Of a stretch of DNA of 64,000 nt, positions 46,854 through 55,982 are shown piece by piece. Under the pieces are notes generated by a model. That model was given only the letters and a program-made list of their open reading frames with translations. It made no database searches and had not been told where the DNA came from. Source of the DNA: Candidatus Forterrea multitransposorum CG_2015-17_Forterrea_25_41. Its GTDB lineage: Archaea; Iainarchaeota; Iainarchaeia; Iainarchaeales; CSSED10-239. A program made the translations under genes and the position numbers. How positions within the stretch are numbered: position 1 is the first letter of the stretch; each line of letters opens with the position of its first letter. The stretch spans positions 96,001 through 160,000 of the forward strand of contig CP045477.1 in NCBI GenBank assembly GCA_009392915.1. Direction: 5' to 3'.

Positions 46854-47267
46854 ATGAGTGAAGTTGAAAAACAAATAAATGATCAAGAAGTTTTAGAAAA
46901 AAAAGAAGAAGCTTTAGTTGATGATGAAGATGAAGCTTTAGAAGAAGATGATGAAAAACTTCCTTTCCCTAATGCTAGAGTTGTAAGACTTATGAGAGAA
47001 AGTTTAGATCAAAATAAACAAATCAAATCTGTTGTTAAAAAAGAAATGAATATTTTCTTAGGAAGAATAGTTGAAACTATTTGTAAGAAAATGAACGAAT
47101 TTGATTATAGTTATGTTGATTATGGTATGTTTAAGCAAGCAATAGAAACTTTTGAAAATATTCAAACAATTGAACTTGAAAAAATAAGAATCATAAAAGC
47201 TTTAGAAAAAATAAAAGCAGATTGTGATGTCTTAGTAAATGATGTTGAAAGAAAATTCCATGAATAG
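46854..47267 (+). CDS. histone-fold protein (CBF/NF-Y / archaeal histone superfamily) with acidic N-terminal tail
   Basis: 137 aa; acidic N-terminal 35 residues, then LPFPNARVVRLMRES...IKSVVKKEMNIFLGRIVETICKK, which resembles the alpha1-L1-alpha2 of NF-YC/NC2-type histone folds (LPLARIKKIMK...). Confidence 0.5.
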   Translation: MSEVEKQINDQEVLEKKEEALVDDEDEALEEDDEKLPFPNARVVRLMRESLDQNKQIKSVVKKEMNIFLGRIVETICKKMNEFDYSYVDYGMFKQAIETFENIQTIELEKIRIIKALEKIKADCDVLVNDVERKFHE

Positions 47268-47348
47268 ATGGAATTTTTTATTTTTATTTTTTTTAAAATA
47301 TTTTTTTTTTAACTTTAAAAAAAAACAAAAAACCTATTTAAAAAGAAG

Positions 47349-48980
47349 GTGATTTTTATGACTGATTCTCAAACACAAAATAACGCCATGTTTGGTGAAG
47401 GAACTAGACGTGAGAGGGGCAAAGATGCTCAAAAAATAAACATACTTGTTGCAAAAGCAGTTGCTAATGCGGTAAAGTCTACTTTAGGTCCAAGAGGGAT
47501 GGACAAGATGCTTGTTGATGAACTTGGAGATGTAACTATTAGTAATGATGGTGCTACAATTTTAAAAGAAATGTCAATAGAACACCCTATAGGTAAGATG
47601 TTTGTTGAACTTGCAAAAACACAAGATGATGAAGTTGGAGATGGTACTACTTCAAGTGTTATTATTGCAGGTGAGTTAGTTTCTAAAGCTGAAAACTTAC
47701 TTGATGAAAATATACATTCTTCAATAATTATTAGAGGATATAAAATGGCTTCTGAGAAAGCAATTTCTTTTTATCAAGAAATTTCAGAAGATATTTCTTT
47801 AAGTGATAAAGATCTTTTATTAAATATTGCAAAAACTTCAATGACAGGAAAAGCTTCAGACTATAGTGATTATCTTTCAAAAGCTGTTGTTGATTCTATA
47901 TTGATGATTTTAAATGAAACAAATTATAAAGAAATTGATAGAGATAAAATAAGACTTGAAAAAAAGATTGGATCTTCAATTTCTGAAACAAAAATAATTG
48001 ATGGTATTGTTCTTGATAAAGAGATTGTGCATCCTGAAATGCCAAAATCTTTAGAAAATTGTAAAGTTGCAATTTTAAATACTGCTCTTGAGATTAGAGA
48101 ACCTGAAAATGATACTAAAATACAAATCAATTCTCCTGAACAACTTCAAATGTTTATTGAACAAGAAGAAAGTCAATTAAGAAAAATGGTTGATAAATTA
48201 ATTGAAACTAAAACAAATATTGTTTTTTGTCAAAAAGGAATTGATGATCTTGCAGAACATTATCTTTCAAAAGCTGGTATTTCTGCAATTAAAAGAGTTA
48301 AACAATCAGATATTGAAATTTTAGCAAAATCTTCAGGCGCAAAGATTATTACAAGAATAAATGATATGTCACAAGAAGATTTAGGTTTCTTTGGAAAAGT
48401 TTATGAAAAGAGAATTTCTGGAGAAAATATGTTGTTTATTGAAAATCCTAAACAAAAAGGAATTGTTACAATTCTTTTAAGAGGTTCTTCAGAACAAGTT
48501 TTATCTGAAACAGAAAGAACAATTACAGATGCTATTGGTGCTGTACTTTCTTCACTTAGATCAGGAAAATATGTTTCTGGTGGGGGTTCTTGTGAAATTG
48601 AAGTTTCTTTAAGACTTAAAAACTATGCTAAAACAATTGGAGGAAGAGAACAACTTGCAATTGAAGCATTTGCAGATGTTTTAGAATCTATTCCTAAAAT
48701 TTTAGCTGAAAGTTCTGGACTTGATGCAATTGATACTTTAGTTTCTTTAAGAAGTATACATCAAGATATAAATAATAAAAGTTATGGGGTAGATGTAATT
48801 AATAGTAAAATAGAAGATATGAAAAAATTACATGTTATTGAACCATTAAACCTTAAAACCCAAATTATTAATTCTTCTTTTGAAGTAGTTGAAATGATTC
48901 TTAGAATAGATGATATTATTGCAGCTTCTTCAAAGAATAAAGGGCAAGGTTTTCAAGGAATGCCAAATAATTTAATGTAG
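47349..48980 (+). CDS. ths: thermosome subunit (group II chaperonin)
   Basis: 543 aa; [21 protein letters not shown] and the equatorial/apical domain pattern; SD AAGGTGA; coordinates taken from the ORF track. Confidence 0.85.
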   Translation: MIFMTDSQTQNNAMFGEGTRRERGKDAQKINILVAKAVANAVKSTLGPRGMDKMLVDELGDVTISNDGATILKEMSIEHPIGKMFVELAKTQDDEVGDGTTSSVIIAGELVSKAENLLDENIHSSIIIRGYKMASEKAISFYQEISEDISLSDKDLLLNIAKTSMTGKASDYSDYLSKAVVDSILMILNETNYKEIDRDKIRLEKKIGSSISETKIIDGIVLDKEIVHPEMPKSLENCKVAILNTALEIREPENDTKIQINSPEQLQMFIEQEESQLRKMVDKLIETKTNIVFCQKGIDDLAEHYLSKAGISAIKRVKQSDIEILAKSSGAKIITRINDMSQEDLGFFGKVYEKRISGENMLFIENPKQKGIVTILLRGSSEQVLSETERTITDAIGAVLSSLRSGKYVSGGGSCEIEVSLRLKNYAKTIGGREQLAIEAFADVLESIPKILAESSGLDAIDTLVSLRSIHQDINNKSYGVDVINSKIEDMKKLHVIEPLNLKTQIINSSFEVVEMILRIDDIIAASSKNKGQGFQGMPNNLM

Positions 48981-49011
48981 ATTTTAAAAAAGAAAAATAT
49001 ATAAACTCTTA

Positions 49012-49031
49012 CCTTCTATAAATATTTATAA
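49012..49031 (+). promoter_or_regulatory. candidate BRE/TATA promoter (CCTTCTATAAATATTTATAA)
   Basis: shares the CCTT-TATAAATATTT core with the elements at 52416 and 55744; lies ~55 nt upstream of the OB-fold gene. Confidence 0.35.
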
Positions 49032-49076
49032 CTTGTAAATTTTAACAAGTTATTATTTTATAAATTTGATAAATAT

Positions 49077-49415
49077 ATGAAAGTAAAAGATATAAAACCT
49101 TTCCAAAAAAAAATAAGTCTTTTATGTAAAGTAATTTCAAAGACTGAAATAAGAAAAGTAGTTTCAAGATTAGATGAAATTGAACATAAAGTTTGTGAAG
49201 CTTTAATTGGTGATGATACTGGTGTTGTTTATCTTACTTTATGGGATTTATCTATAGAAAATTTACAAGAAGGTAAGGTTTATTCTTTTGAAAATCTTTA
49301 TTCTTCAGAGTTTAAAAAATCTTTAAGACTTAATCTTGGAAGATTTGGAGAATTTAAAGAAGTTTCTCAAGAAATTGAAGTAAACAAAGAAAATAATCTT
49401 TCAAAAGAAGTTTAA
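49077..49415 (+). CDS. single OB-fold ssDNA-binding (RPA/SSB-like) protein
   Basis: 112 aa; KISLLCKVIS...ALIGDDTGVVYLTLWD matches the RPA-type OB-fold signature (IGDETGxIRLTLW). Confidence 0.55.
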   Translation: MKVKDIKPFQKKISLLCKVISKTEIRKVVSRLDEIEHKVCEALIGDDTGVVYLTLWDLSIENLQEGKVYSFENLYSSEFKKSLRLNLGRFGEFKEVSQEIEVNKENNLSKEV

Positions 49416-49450
49416 TTTTTTTCTTTTTAAAAAAGTATTATTATTATTTT

Positions 49451-49525
49451 GGAAGTGTAGCTTAGTCTGGTTAGAGCATTGGTCTTATACACCAAAGGTC
49501 GCAGGTTCGAATCCTGCCATTTCCA
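49451..49525 (+). tRNA. tRNA-Ile (anticodon UAU)
   Basis: GGAAGTG-TA-GCTT-AGTCTGGTTA-GAGC-A-TTGGT-CTTATAC-ACCAA-AGGTC-GCAGG-TTCGAAT-CCTGC-CATTTCC-A; the anticodon loop reads C-U-U-A-U-A-C; near-identical backbone to tRNA-Ile(GAU). Confidence 0.75.
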
Positions 49526-49582
49526 CTTTTTTTTAAAAATAAAGCTTTATAAATCTAATTAACTACTATATATTAGATAATT

Positions 49583-50956
49583 ATGGGTTATTCTTTTAAA
49601 AAAGAAAGTAGATTATTTTTTTGGATATTAAGTATTTTACTTTCTTCATTAATATTTTCTATATTATATTTCTTCCAAGTGTTTGGAAGTTCTCAAAATA
49701 ATTCTCTTTCATTTATCTTTTCATTAATTATTTTAATTGTTTTATTTATTGTTGGTATGTTTAATTATAAACTTACAACAAAGCTATATGGTTTTATTTC
49801 TTCACAAAGAGATTTATCTAAACTTATAAGTAGAATTAATCTAGATGATTCTGAAGAAAATATTCAAAAAATGATTAGTAGATTTAAAGAAGTTTTTTAT
49901 AATCTTGATCTTTCAGATAAAGAAGGTTCAATTTTAATTATTAGAAAAACTGTTGGCTTAGATTCTGATGCTGCTTTCAAAGTATATAAGATTCTAAAAA
50001 ATATTAGTTTTACAAAAAATGTTTTAACTATTTCTGGTTTTTTAATATCTGTAATTGTTTATTTTATAATTACAAAAATTAATTTTTTTAATATTATTAC
50101 TGAAACTAAGTTTTTCCCACTTGCAATTTCTTTATTATTATTTTTTATATTTTTATTTGAAAGTAGATTGTCTTCTAAAATACCTTCTAGTTTTTATATT
50201 AACCTTGTAATTATTAATAAAAAAGCATTAACAAATAGTAAAAAGGATGTAATTGATAGTGAAAATCAATTAAATAATATTTTTAAAAAAAGAGATGAAA
50301 TTAGAGAAAAAATAAAAGATATTGTTTTTAATTTAACAAAACAAGGTTTTAAAAAAAAAGATGTTGTTGAAATAATTAATTCTAGAAAAAAAGATTCTTA
50401 TGGTCTAAAAGATTTAATTATGCAATCAAATGAAGATTTTAATTCAGAAGCAAAAAAAGCTTCTTTTAAAGATGTTTCTTTAGATATTGAGAATATTTTA
50501 AAATTTTATGAAGATGTTAAAAATAAAGAAAAAGAAGTGCTTTCTTTAAAAGAGAAAATAAACCAAATTAGAGAAATTCAAGAAACTGTTGAAAAAATAA
50601 ATTCTAATGATTGGGATTATTATAAAAATATTAAATTTAATTTAAATAAATCTAAAGAATTTGAAAGAAACATAACTGATGAAATTTCAAGTAAATTACA
50701 TCATAGATCTGAACTTAAGGAAGATAAAGAAGTTATAATTAAAAATTTATATAATTTATTCATAAATTATAAAGACTCAATTACAAAAGATCAAGTTTAT
50801 TCTTTTTTAATTTCTAAAGGTTATTGTTATGAAACTATTATGGATCTTTTTGATGAATTTAAGAAAAATAATATTGATTTAACTAAAAATAAAAAAACTT
50901 TTCAAGACAAAATTATTTCAAAGATTAATAATGTTTATGAAAGTTTTAAAGATTAG
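49583..50956 (+). CDS. polytopic membrane protein with long coiled-coil (paralog B)
   Basis: 457 aa; same architecture as 36792-38186 (2 TM, insert, 2 TM, PSSFYINLVIINKK, coiled-coil, C-terminal VYSFLISKGYCYETIMDLFDEF). Confidence 0.5.
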   Translation: MGYSFKKESRLFFWILSILLSSLIFSILYFFQVFGSSQNNSLSFIFSLIILIVLFIVGMFNYKLTTKLYGFISSQRDLSKLISRINLDDSEENIQKMISRFKEVFYNLDLSDKEGSILIIRKTVGLDSDAAFKVYKILKNISFTKNVLTISGFLISVIVYFIITKINFFNIITETKFFPLAISLLLFFIFLFESRLSSKIPSSFYINLVIINKKALTNSKKDVIDSENQLNNIFKKRDEIREKIKDIVFNLTKQGFKKKDVVEIINSRKKDSYGLKDLIMQSNEDFNSEAKKASFKDVSLDIENILKFYEDVKNKEKEVLSLKEKINQIREIQETVEKINSNDWDYYKNIKFNLNKSKEFERNITDEISSKLHHRSELKEDKEVIIKNLYNLFINYKDSITKDQVYSFLISKGYCYETIMDLFDEFKKNNIDLTKNKKTFQDKIISKINNVYESFKD

Positions 50957-51061
50957 TTTTTAGATAAATTTAAAAATCTGTTTATAAATATAATAAATAA
51001 AAGAGATATATTTAAATTTAAAAGAGATAATAAAAATAGATAATAAAAGAGATAATAAAAC

Positions 51062-52408
51062 ATGATTGAACCAAACACATTTTTTTTAATATTTTCAGCA
51101 ATTTTTTTAATTGCTTTTTTTGGAAATCTTTTTTTTAAAAAGACAAGATTTTCAGATATTTCTATTCTTTTAATCATCGGTTTTTTAATTGGTTCTGTGT
51201 TTAACATTATTACCAATTCTCAACTTGAAATTTTAAAAAGTATGTCTTCTTTATTTGGTTCTTTAGCTTTAATTATTATTCTTTTTGAAGGTGGACTTCA
51301 TCTTAATTTTTATAAAGTTTTAAGAGAGATTGGAAAAGCTACAATGTTTACAATTGCAGTTTTCTTTTTTACAGTTCTTTTCTCTGGAGTTTTACTTCAT
51401 TATATTTTTTCAATACCTGCAATTTATGCACTTTTAATTGGTTCTGCAATTGGAGGTGTAAGTTCTGCTGTGGTAATTCCTTTAGTTATGAACTCTAAAT
51501 CTAAAGAAGAAACTAAAACTTTAATTACTTTAGAGTCTGCAATTACTGATGTTTTGTGTATTATTGTCTTTATAACTCTTTTTGAAATAATTGTGACTCA
51601 AAAATCAAGTATTCAGTTTGTTACTCAAAATATAATTTCTGCATTTGCAATTGCAACTGTTATAGGTGCAGTTTCAGGAATTGTTTGGACAAAGGTTTTA
51701 AGAGATTTTAATGTTATTAGAAAATTTAATTATCTTTTAACTCTTTCTTTTTTATTTTTAATTTATGTTTTAATTGAATATGCAAAAGGAAATGGAGCTT
51801 TTGGAGTTTTAATCTTTGGTTTAGTTTTAGGTAATTCTAATGAAATTTTAAAAATATTTAAAATGAAAACTTTAAGTCTTGATAATGTTGTTAGTTTAAA
51901 TGAAGTTTATAAGTTTCAAGCAGAAATTAGTTTATTTATTAAAGCATTTTTCTTTATTTATTTAGGACTTATAATTGATCTTTCTTCTGTAACTTTAAAT
52001 ATTATTTTAATTTCTGCAGTTTTAATTTTTGTATCAATTGCTTCTAGGTATTTATCCATTTATATATTTTCTGGAGATAAGACAATTAAGCAAGATACAA
52101 GATATATTTTATCTCTTCATGCAAGAGGACTTGCTGCTGCTGTTTTAGGTACTTATCCAATTGCTATGGGTCTTGTAAACAATTATACTTTAATCCTTTT
52201 ACCAATAACTTTCCTTGTAATCTTTTTAACAAATATTACAACTACTTTTATGTTTTTCTTTACAGAAAGAAATAAACTTAAGGAAGAGTCTTTAAATGAA
52301 GAATCTTCAGAAAAAGATTCTTCTCAGGAAGAAGAAACTAATCCTTATAGTTTAATTAAAAAATCTAATAAAAATAAAGATTCTAAAGAAAAAATAGATG
52401 ATAATTAA
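51062..52408 (+). CDS. cation:proton antiporter (NhaP/CPA1-type Na+/H+ exchanger)
   Basis: 448 aa; ~12 TM helices; LFEGGLHL and IGGVSSAVVIP segments typical of CPA1; acidic C-terminal tail. Confidence 0.6.
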   Translation: MIEPNTFFLIFSAIFLIAFFGNLFFKKTRFSDISILLIIGFLIGSVFNIITNSQLEILKSMSSLFGSLALIIILFEGGLHLNFYKVLREIGKATMFTIAVFFFTVLFSGVLLHYIFSIPAIYALLIGSAIGGVSSAVVIPLVMNSKSKEETKTLITLESAITDVLCIIVFITLFEIIVTQKSSIQFVTQNIISAFAIATVIGAVSGIVWTKVLRDFNVIRKFNYLLTLSFLFLIYVLIEYAKGNGAFGVLIFGLVLGNSNEILKIFKMKTLSLDNVVSLNEVYKFQAEISLFIKAFFFIYLGLIIDLSSVTLNIILISAVLIFVSIASRYLSIYIFSGDKTIKQDTRYILSLHARGLAAAVLGTYPIAMGLVNNYTLILLPITFLVIFLTNITTTFMFFFTERNKLKEESLNEESSEKDSSQEEETNPYSLIKKSNKNKDSKEKIDDN

Positions 52409-52415
52409 AAATCTA

Positions 52416-52434
52416 TTCCTTTATAAATATTTTG
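52416..52434 (+). promoter_or_regulatory. candidate promoter TTCCTTTATAAATATTTTG upstream of ileS
   Basis: 19-nt element identical to 55744-55762; contains the TATA-like TTTATAAATA; followed at +24 by the shared AATATTTATG box. Confidence 0.4.
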
Positions 52435-52602
52435 TATCTATAAAATATTTATGACTTACAATAATACTTTAAGTTTTTATAAAGATAACTTAATTTCTAT
52501 AATTATAAGTATTATTATATATTGATAGGCAAAGATTAACCTTCATTCTAATTTTAATCTTTTGCCAAAATTTTAAGCTTTAAAGGTAGGTGGGCAAAAA
52601 TT

Positions 52603-55443
52603 ATGTTTTCAAATCAAAATGAAAAAGAAATAAAAGAGTTTTGGGAAAAAAATAATATTCCTAAAAAAGTAAGAGAAAAAGAGTCTGATAAACATTATTA
52701 TTTTATAGACGGACCTCCATATGCAACAGGTTCTATTCATTTAGGAACTGCAATGAACAGGATCTTAAAAGATATTCTTTATAGGTTTAAAAGACAAGAA
52801 GGTTTTAAGGTTTTAGACATTCCTGGTTTTGATACTCATGGTGTGCCAATAGAACGTAAGGTGCAAAAAAAATATGATTTAAAATCAAAAGAAGATATTG
52901 AAGCTTTTGGTATTGAAAAATTTTCAAAAGAATGTCATGCATTTGCAACTAAACACATCTCTGAAATGTCAAAAGATATTTATGATTTAGGACAATGGAT
53001 GGATTGGGAAAATCCATATAGAACTTTAGATCAAACCTATATGCAATCTGCTTGGTGGACTTTTAAAAAAGCTTTTGATAAAGGTCTTTTATTTCATGAC
53101 AAATATCCTATCCATGTCTGTCCTGATTGTGAAACTTCAGTTTCTTTTAATGAAATTGAATATCAAGATTTAACTGATCTTTCAATTTTTGTTTCCTTAC
53201 AATCAAAAGAAGATTCTTCTCTTTTCTTTGTTATTTGGACAACAACTCCATGGACTCTACCTGCAAACATGGCAATCATGGTTCACCCTAAATATACATA
53301 TGTTGAGCTTATCTCAAACAATAAAAAATATATTGTTGCAAAAGATTTATCTGAAAAATTAATAAAAGAATTTAATTTTGAAAACTATACTTTAGGTAAA
53401 GAATATTTAGGAGAAGAACTTGTAGGTAAAGAATATCTTCCTGTTCTAGGAGAATGGTTAAATCTTCCTGAAGATTATACAAAAAATGCATATAAAATAA
53501 TCTCTTCAGCAAGACATGTAAACCTAGAAGACGGTTCTGGTTTAGTTCATTGTGCTCCAGGACATGGTAAAGAAGATTATCAAGTTGGAAGAGAATTTAA
53601 TATTCCTATATTTTCTCCGGTTACAATGTCAGGTGAGTATGATGATTCTGTTTCTTTTGGAAAAGGAAAAAAAGTTAAAGAACTTGATTTAGATATAATG
53701 AAATATTTACATGAAAAAGAATGTATCTTAGCTAAAAGAAAAGTAAAACATAGTTACCCTACATGTTGGAGATGTCATAATCCTTTAATAATGGTATCTT
53801 TACCTCAGTGGTTTTTAAGAATTGAAGATTTAAAACCAAGACTTGTAGAACTTAATGAAAGTGAAGTTTCTTGGCATCCTTCTTGGGGAAAAGATAGATT
53901 TTCAAACTGGCTTAAAAATTTATCTGATTGGCCAATTTCAAGAGCAAGATATTGGGGAACTCCTGTTCCTATTTGGAAATGTGATAACTGTGAAAAAATA
54001 CATGTCTTTGAGTCTTTAGAAGATTTAAAGAAAAAAGCTCCTGAAGTAGATTTAAATATGGATATTCATAAACCATTTATTGACAAAATAGAAATTACTT
54101 GTGATTGTGGAACAAAGGTGAAAAGAATTCCAGAAGTATTTGATGTTTGGTTTGATTCTGGTGTTGCATCATGGGCATCTTTAGGTTATCCTTTCAAAAA
54201 AGAATTATTTGATAAATATTGGCCAGCAGATGCTAATTTAGAAGGTCCTGATCAAATAAGAGGTTGGTGGAATTCTCAAATAATTGCTTCTGTAATTGCT
54301 TTTGATAAAGTTCCATTTAAACAAATTTCTATGCATGGTATGGTTCTTGCTGGAGATAAAAGAAAGCTTTCTAAATCTGAAGGAAATGATATTCCTTTAA
54401 TTGAAAGATTTTCACAAACTTCAATTGATTACTATAGATATTATTTTGCAAAAGAATTTTCAGGAGAAGACATTGTTTTAGATTCTAAAAAATTTGATGA
54501 AGTTAGAAGAACTTTAAATCTTTTAGAAAATCTTTATAATTTCATTTCTCTTTATGATGAAAAACAAACATTTGTAACTTCTTTAGATGTTTCAAAAGAA
54601 ACTTTACTTGTTGAAGATAAATGGATTCTTTCAAGATTTAATAATCTTTTAAAAAATAGTTATGCAAACTTTTCAACAACTAACTATTCAAAAGTTATAA
54701 ATGATTTTGAAAAATTTTTGCTTGAAGATTTTAGTAGAATATATGTTAAACTTTTAAGAAAAAGAAAAGATGAAAATCATGTTCTTTCATATGTCTTTTC
54801 CTCAAGTTTAATATTGATCTCACCAATAGTTCCTCATTTTACAGAATTCATGTATCAAAAGTTTTCTGTAAAAGAAAAAGAATCTGTGCATTTCTACCAT
54901 AATCCTTTAATCAATGAAAGTTTAATTGATTTAGATCTTGAAAAGAACTTTGACCTTTCTCAAGAAGTTGTAAAAACAGCTCTTTCTTTAAGAGAGGACT
55001 TAAAGAAAAGATTAAGATGGATCTTACCTGAAATGCATGTTGTTTTAAAAGACTTTGAAAAAATATCTATCTTTAAGGAAATTATAGAAGATATGGCAAA
55101 TATTGAAAATGTAAGTTTTTCAAATAATGCTCCTGATAACATGCCTTCAAAAGAAGTTTTAAAAGATGTTTTTGTATACATTAATGAAAACATTGATTCT
55201 TCTTATAAAGAAGTTTGGGAAGTATCAGAGCTTACAAGGCTTATACAGTCTGAGAGAAAGAAACAAAAGTTAAATCCAAATGATAAAGTTTCTTTGAAGA
55301 TATCTTGTAGTGAAAAAGATTTCCTTGTAAAAAATAAACCTAAAATTGAAGATGCAACAAACACTATTCTTGATATCTTGGACGATTTAAGTGAAGACAA
55401 TAAACAAAAGTTAATAGAGAGAGAAGTTTCTTTCTCTTTTTAA
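52603..55443 (+). CDS. ileS: isoleucyl-tRNA synthetase (compact, 946 aa)
   Basis: PPYATGSIHLGTAMN (HIGH region), GFDTHGVPIE, KLSKSEGN (KMSKS); CP1 editing and zinc-binding CxxC pairs; IleRS-like rather than ValRS by the xDTHGxPIE motif. Confidence 0.7.
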   Translation: MFSNQNEKEIKEFWEKNNIPKKVREKESDKHYYFIDGPPYATGSIHLGTAMNRILKDILYRFKRQEGFKVLDIPGFDTHGVPIERKVQKKYDLKSKEDIEAFGIEKFSKECHAFATKHISEMSKDIYDLGQWMDWENPYRTLDQTYMQSAWWTFKKAFDKGLLFHDKYPIHVCPDCETSVSFNEIEYQDLTDLSIFVSLQSKEDSSLFFVIWTTTPWTLPANMAIMVHPKYTYVELISNNKKYIVAKDLSEKLIKEFNFENYTLGKEYLGEELVGKEYLPVLGEWLNLPEDYTKNAYKIISSARHVNLEDGSGLVHCAPGHGKEDYQVGREFNIPIFSPVTMSGEYDDSVSFGKGKKVKELDLDIMKYLHEKECILAKRKVKHSYPTCWRCHNPLIMVSLPQWFLRIEDLKPRLVELNESEVSWHPSWGKDRFSNWLKNLSDWPISRARYWGTPVPIWKCDNCEKIHVFESLEDLKKKAPEVDLNMDIHKPFIDKIEITCDCGTKVKRIPEVFDVWFDSGVASWASLGYPFKKELFDKYWPADANLEGPDQIRGWWNSQIIASVIAFDKVPFKQISMHGMVLAGDKRKLSKSEGNDIPLIERFSQTSIDYYRYYFAKEFSGEDIVLDSKKFDEVRRTLNLLENLYNFISLYDEKQTFVTSLDVSKETLLVEDKWILSRFNNLLKNSYANFSTTNYSKVINDFEKFLLEDFSRIYVKLLRKRKDENHVLSYVFSSSLILISPIVPHFTEFMYQKFSVKEKESVHFYHNPLINESLIDLDLEKNFDLSQEVVKTALSLREDLKKRLRWILPEMHVVLKDFEKISIFKEIIEDMANIENVSFSNNAPDNMPSKEVLKDVFVYINENIDSSYKEVWEVSELTRLIQSERKKQKLNPNDKVSLKISCSEKDFLVKNKPKIEDATNTILDILDDLSEDNKQKLIEREVSFSF

Positions 55444-55461
55444 TTTTTTAAGTGATATTTT

Positions 55462-55647
55462 ATGAAATTAATTATAGATTCTAAATTAGATATATCTTTA
55501 AAAGAATGGTCTGAAGGAAAAAAATCTTTAGGAGATGTTTCTAAAGAAAATAATTTATCTATATGTCAAACAATGGAAGAAGCTAAAAAAAGAGGTCTTT
55601 CTTCAAGCATATCTTTAGAAGATATAAAAGATGATTTCAACTTATAA
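55462..55647 (+). CDS. small hypothetical protein
   Basis: 61 aa ORF directly after ileS; no SD; weak. Confidence 0.2.
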   Translation: MKLIIDSKLDISLKEWSEGKKSLGDVSKENNLSICQTMEEAKKRGLSSSISLEDIKDDFNL

Positions 55648-55743
55648 AGGTTATTTATAGTTTTTTCTTATATTTTATTTTTAATAATCTTTTTTTAAAT
55701 TAATTTTTATAATTAATAAATATCTTTAAAAGGTTATTTTCAA

Positions 55744-55762
55744 TTCCTTTATAAATATTTTG
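55744..55762 (+). promoter_or_regulatory. candidate promoter TTCCTTTATAAATATTTTG upstream of asnS
   Basis: identical 19-mer to 52416-52434, with the same downstream AATATTTATG (+24) and AATACTTT (+42) boxes. Confidence 0.4.
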
Positions 55763-55982
55763 CTTCTTATTAATATTTATGTATTTCAAAATACTTTTAT
55801 CAAAAACAAGATTTTTACAAATCTACTTATTTTCTGTAGTTAACTTTAATCTCCTTTAGAGGGAGAGAATTTAATATTTATCGGTTTATATAATATTTAT
55901 AGTACTTTATTAAAATAAAGTCTAAACATATTTATAGTAATTTTTAAAAAAAATATATTTATAAAAAAGGAGTTAATAATTT

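Noticed and set aside
47341-47410. Apparent 1-nt frame inconsistency between my manual codon indexing and the ORF-track coordinates at the thermosome start
   Set aside because: Almost certainly my own character-counting error in one 10-mer block; the track ORF encodes a clean full-length thermosome, so no frameshift or pseudogene is claimed.
50953-51216. 87-aa minus-strand ORF overlapping the start of the Na+/H+ antiporter gene
   Set aside because: Antisense to the N-terminal TM helices of a clear transporter gene; hydrophobic mirror-translation artefact.
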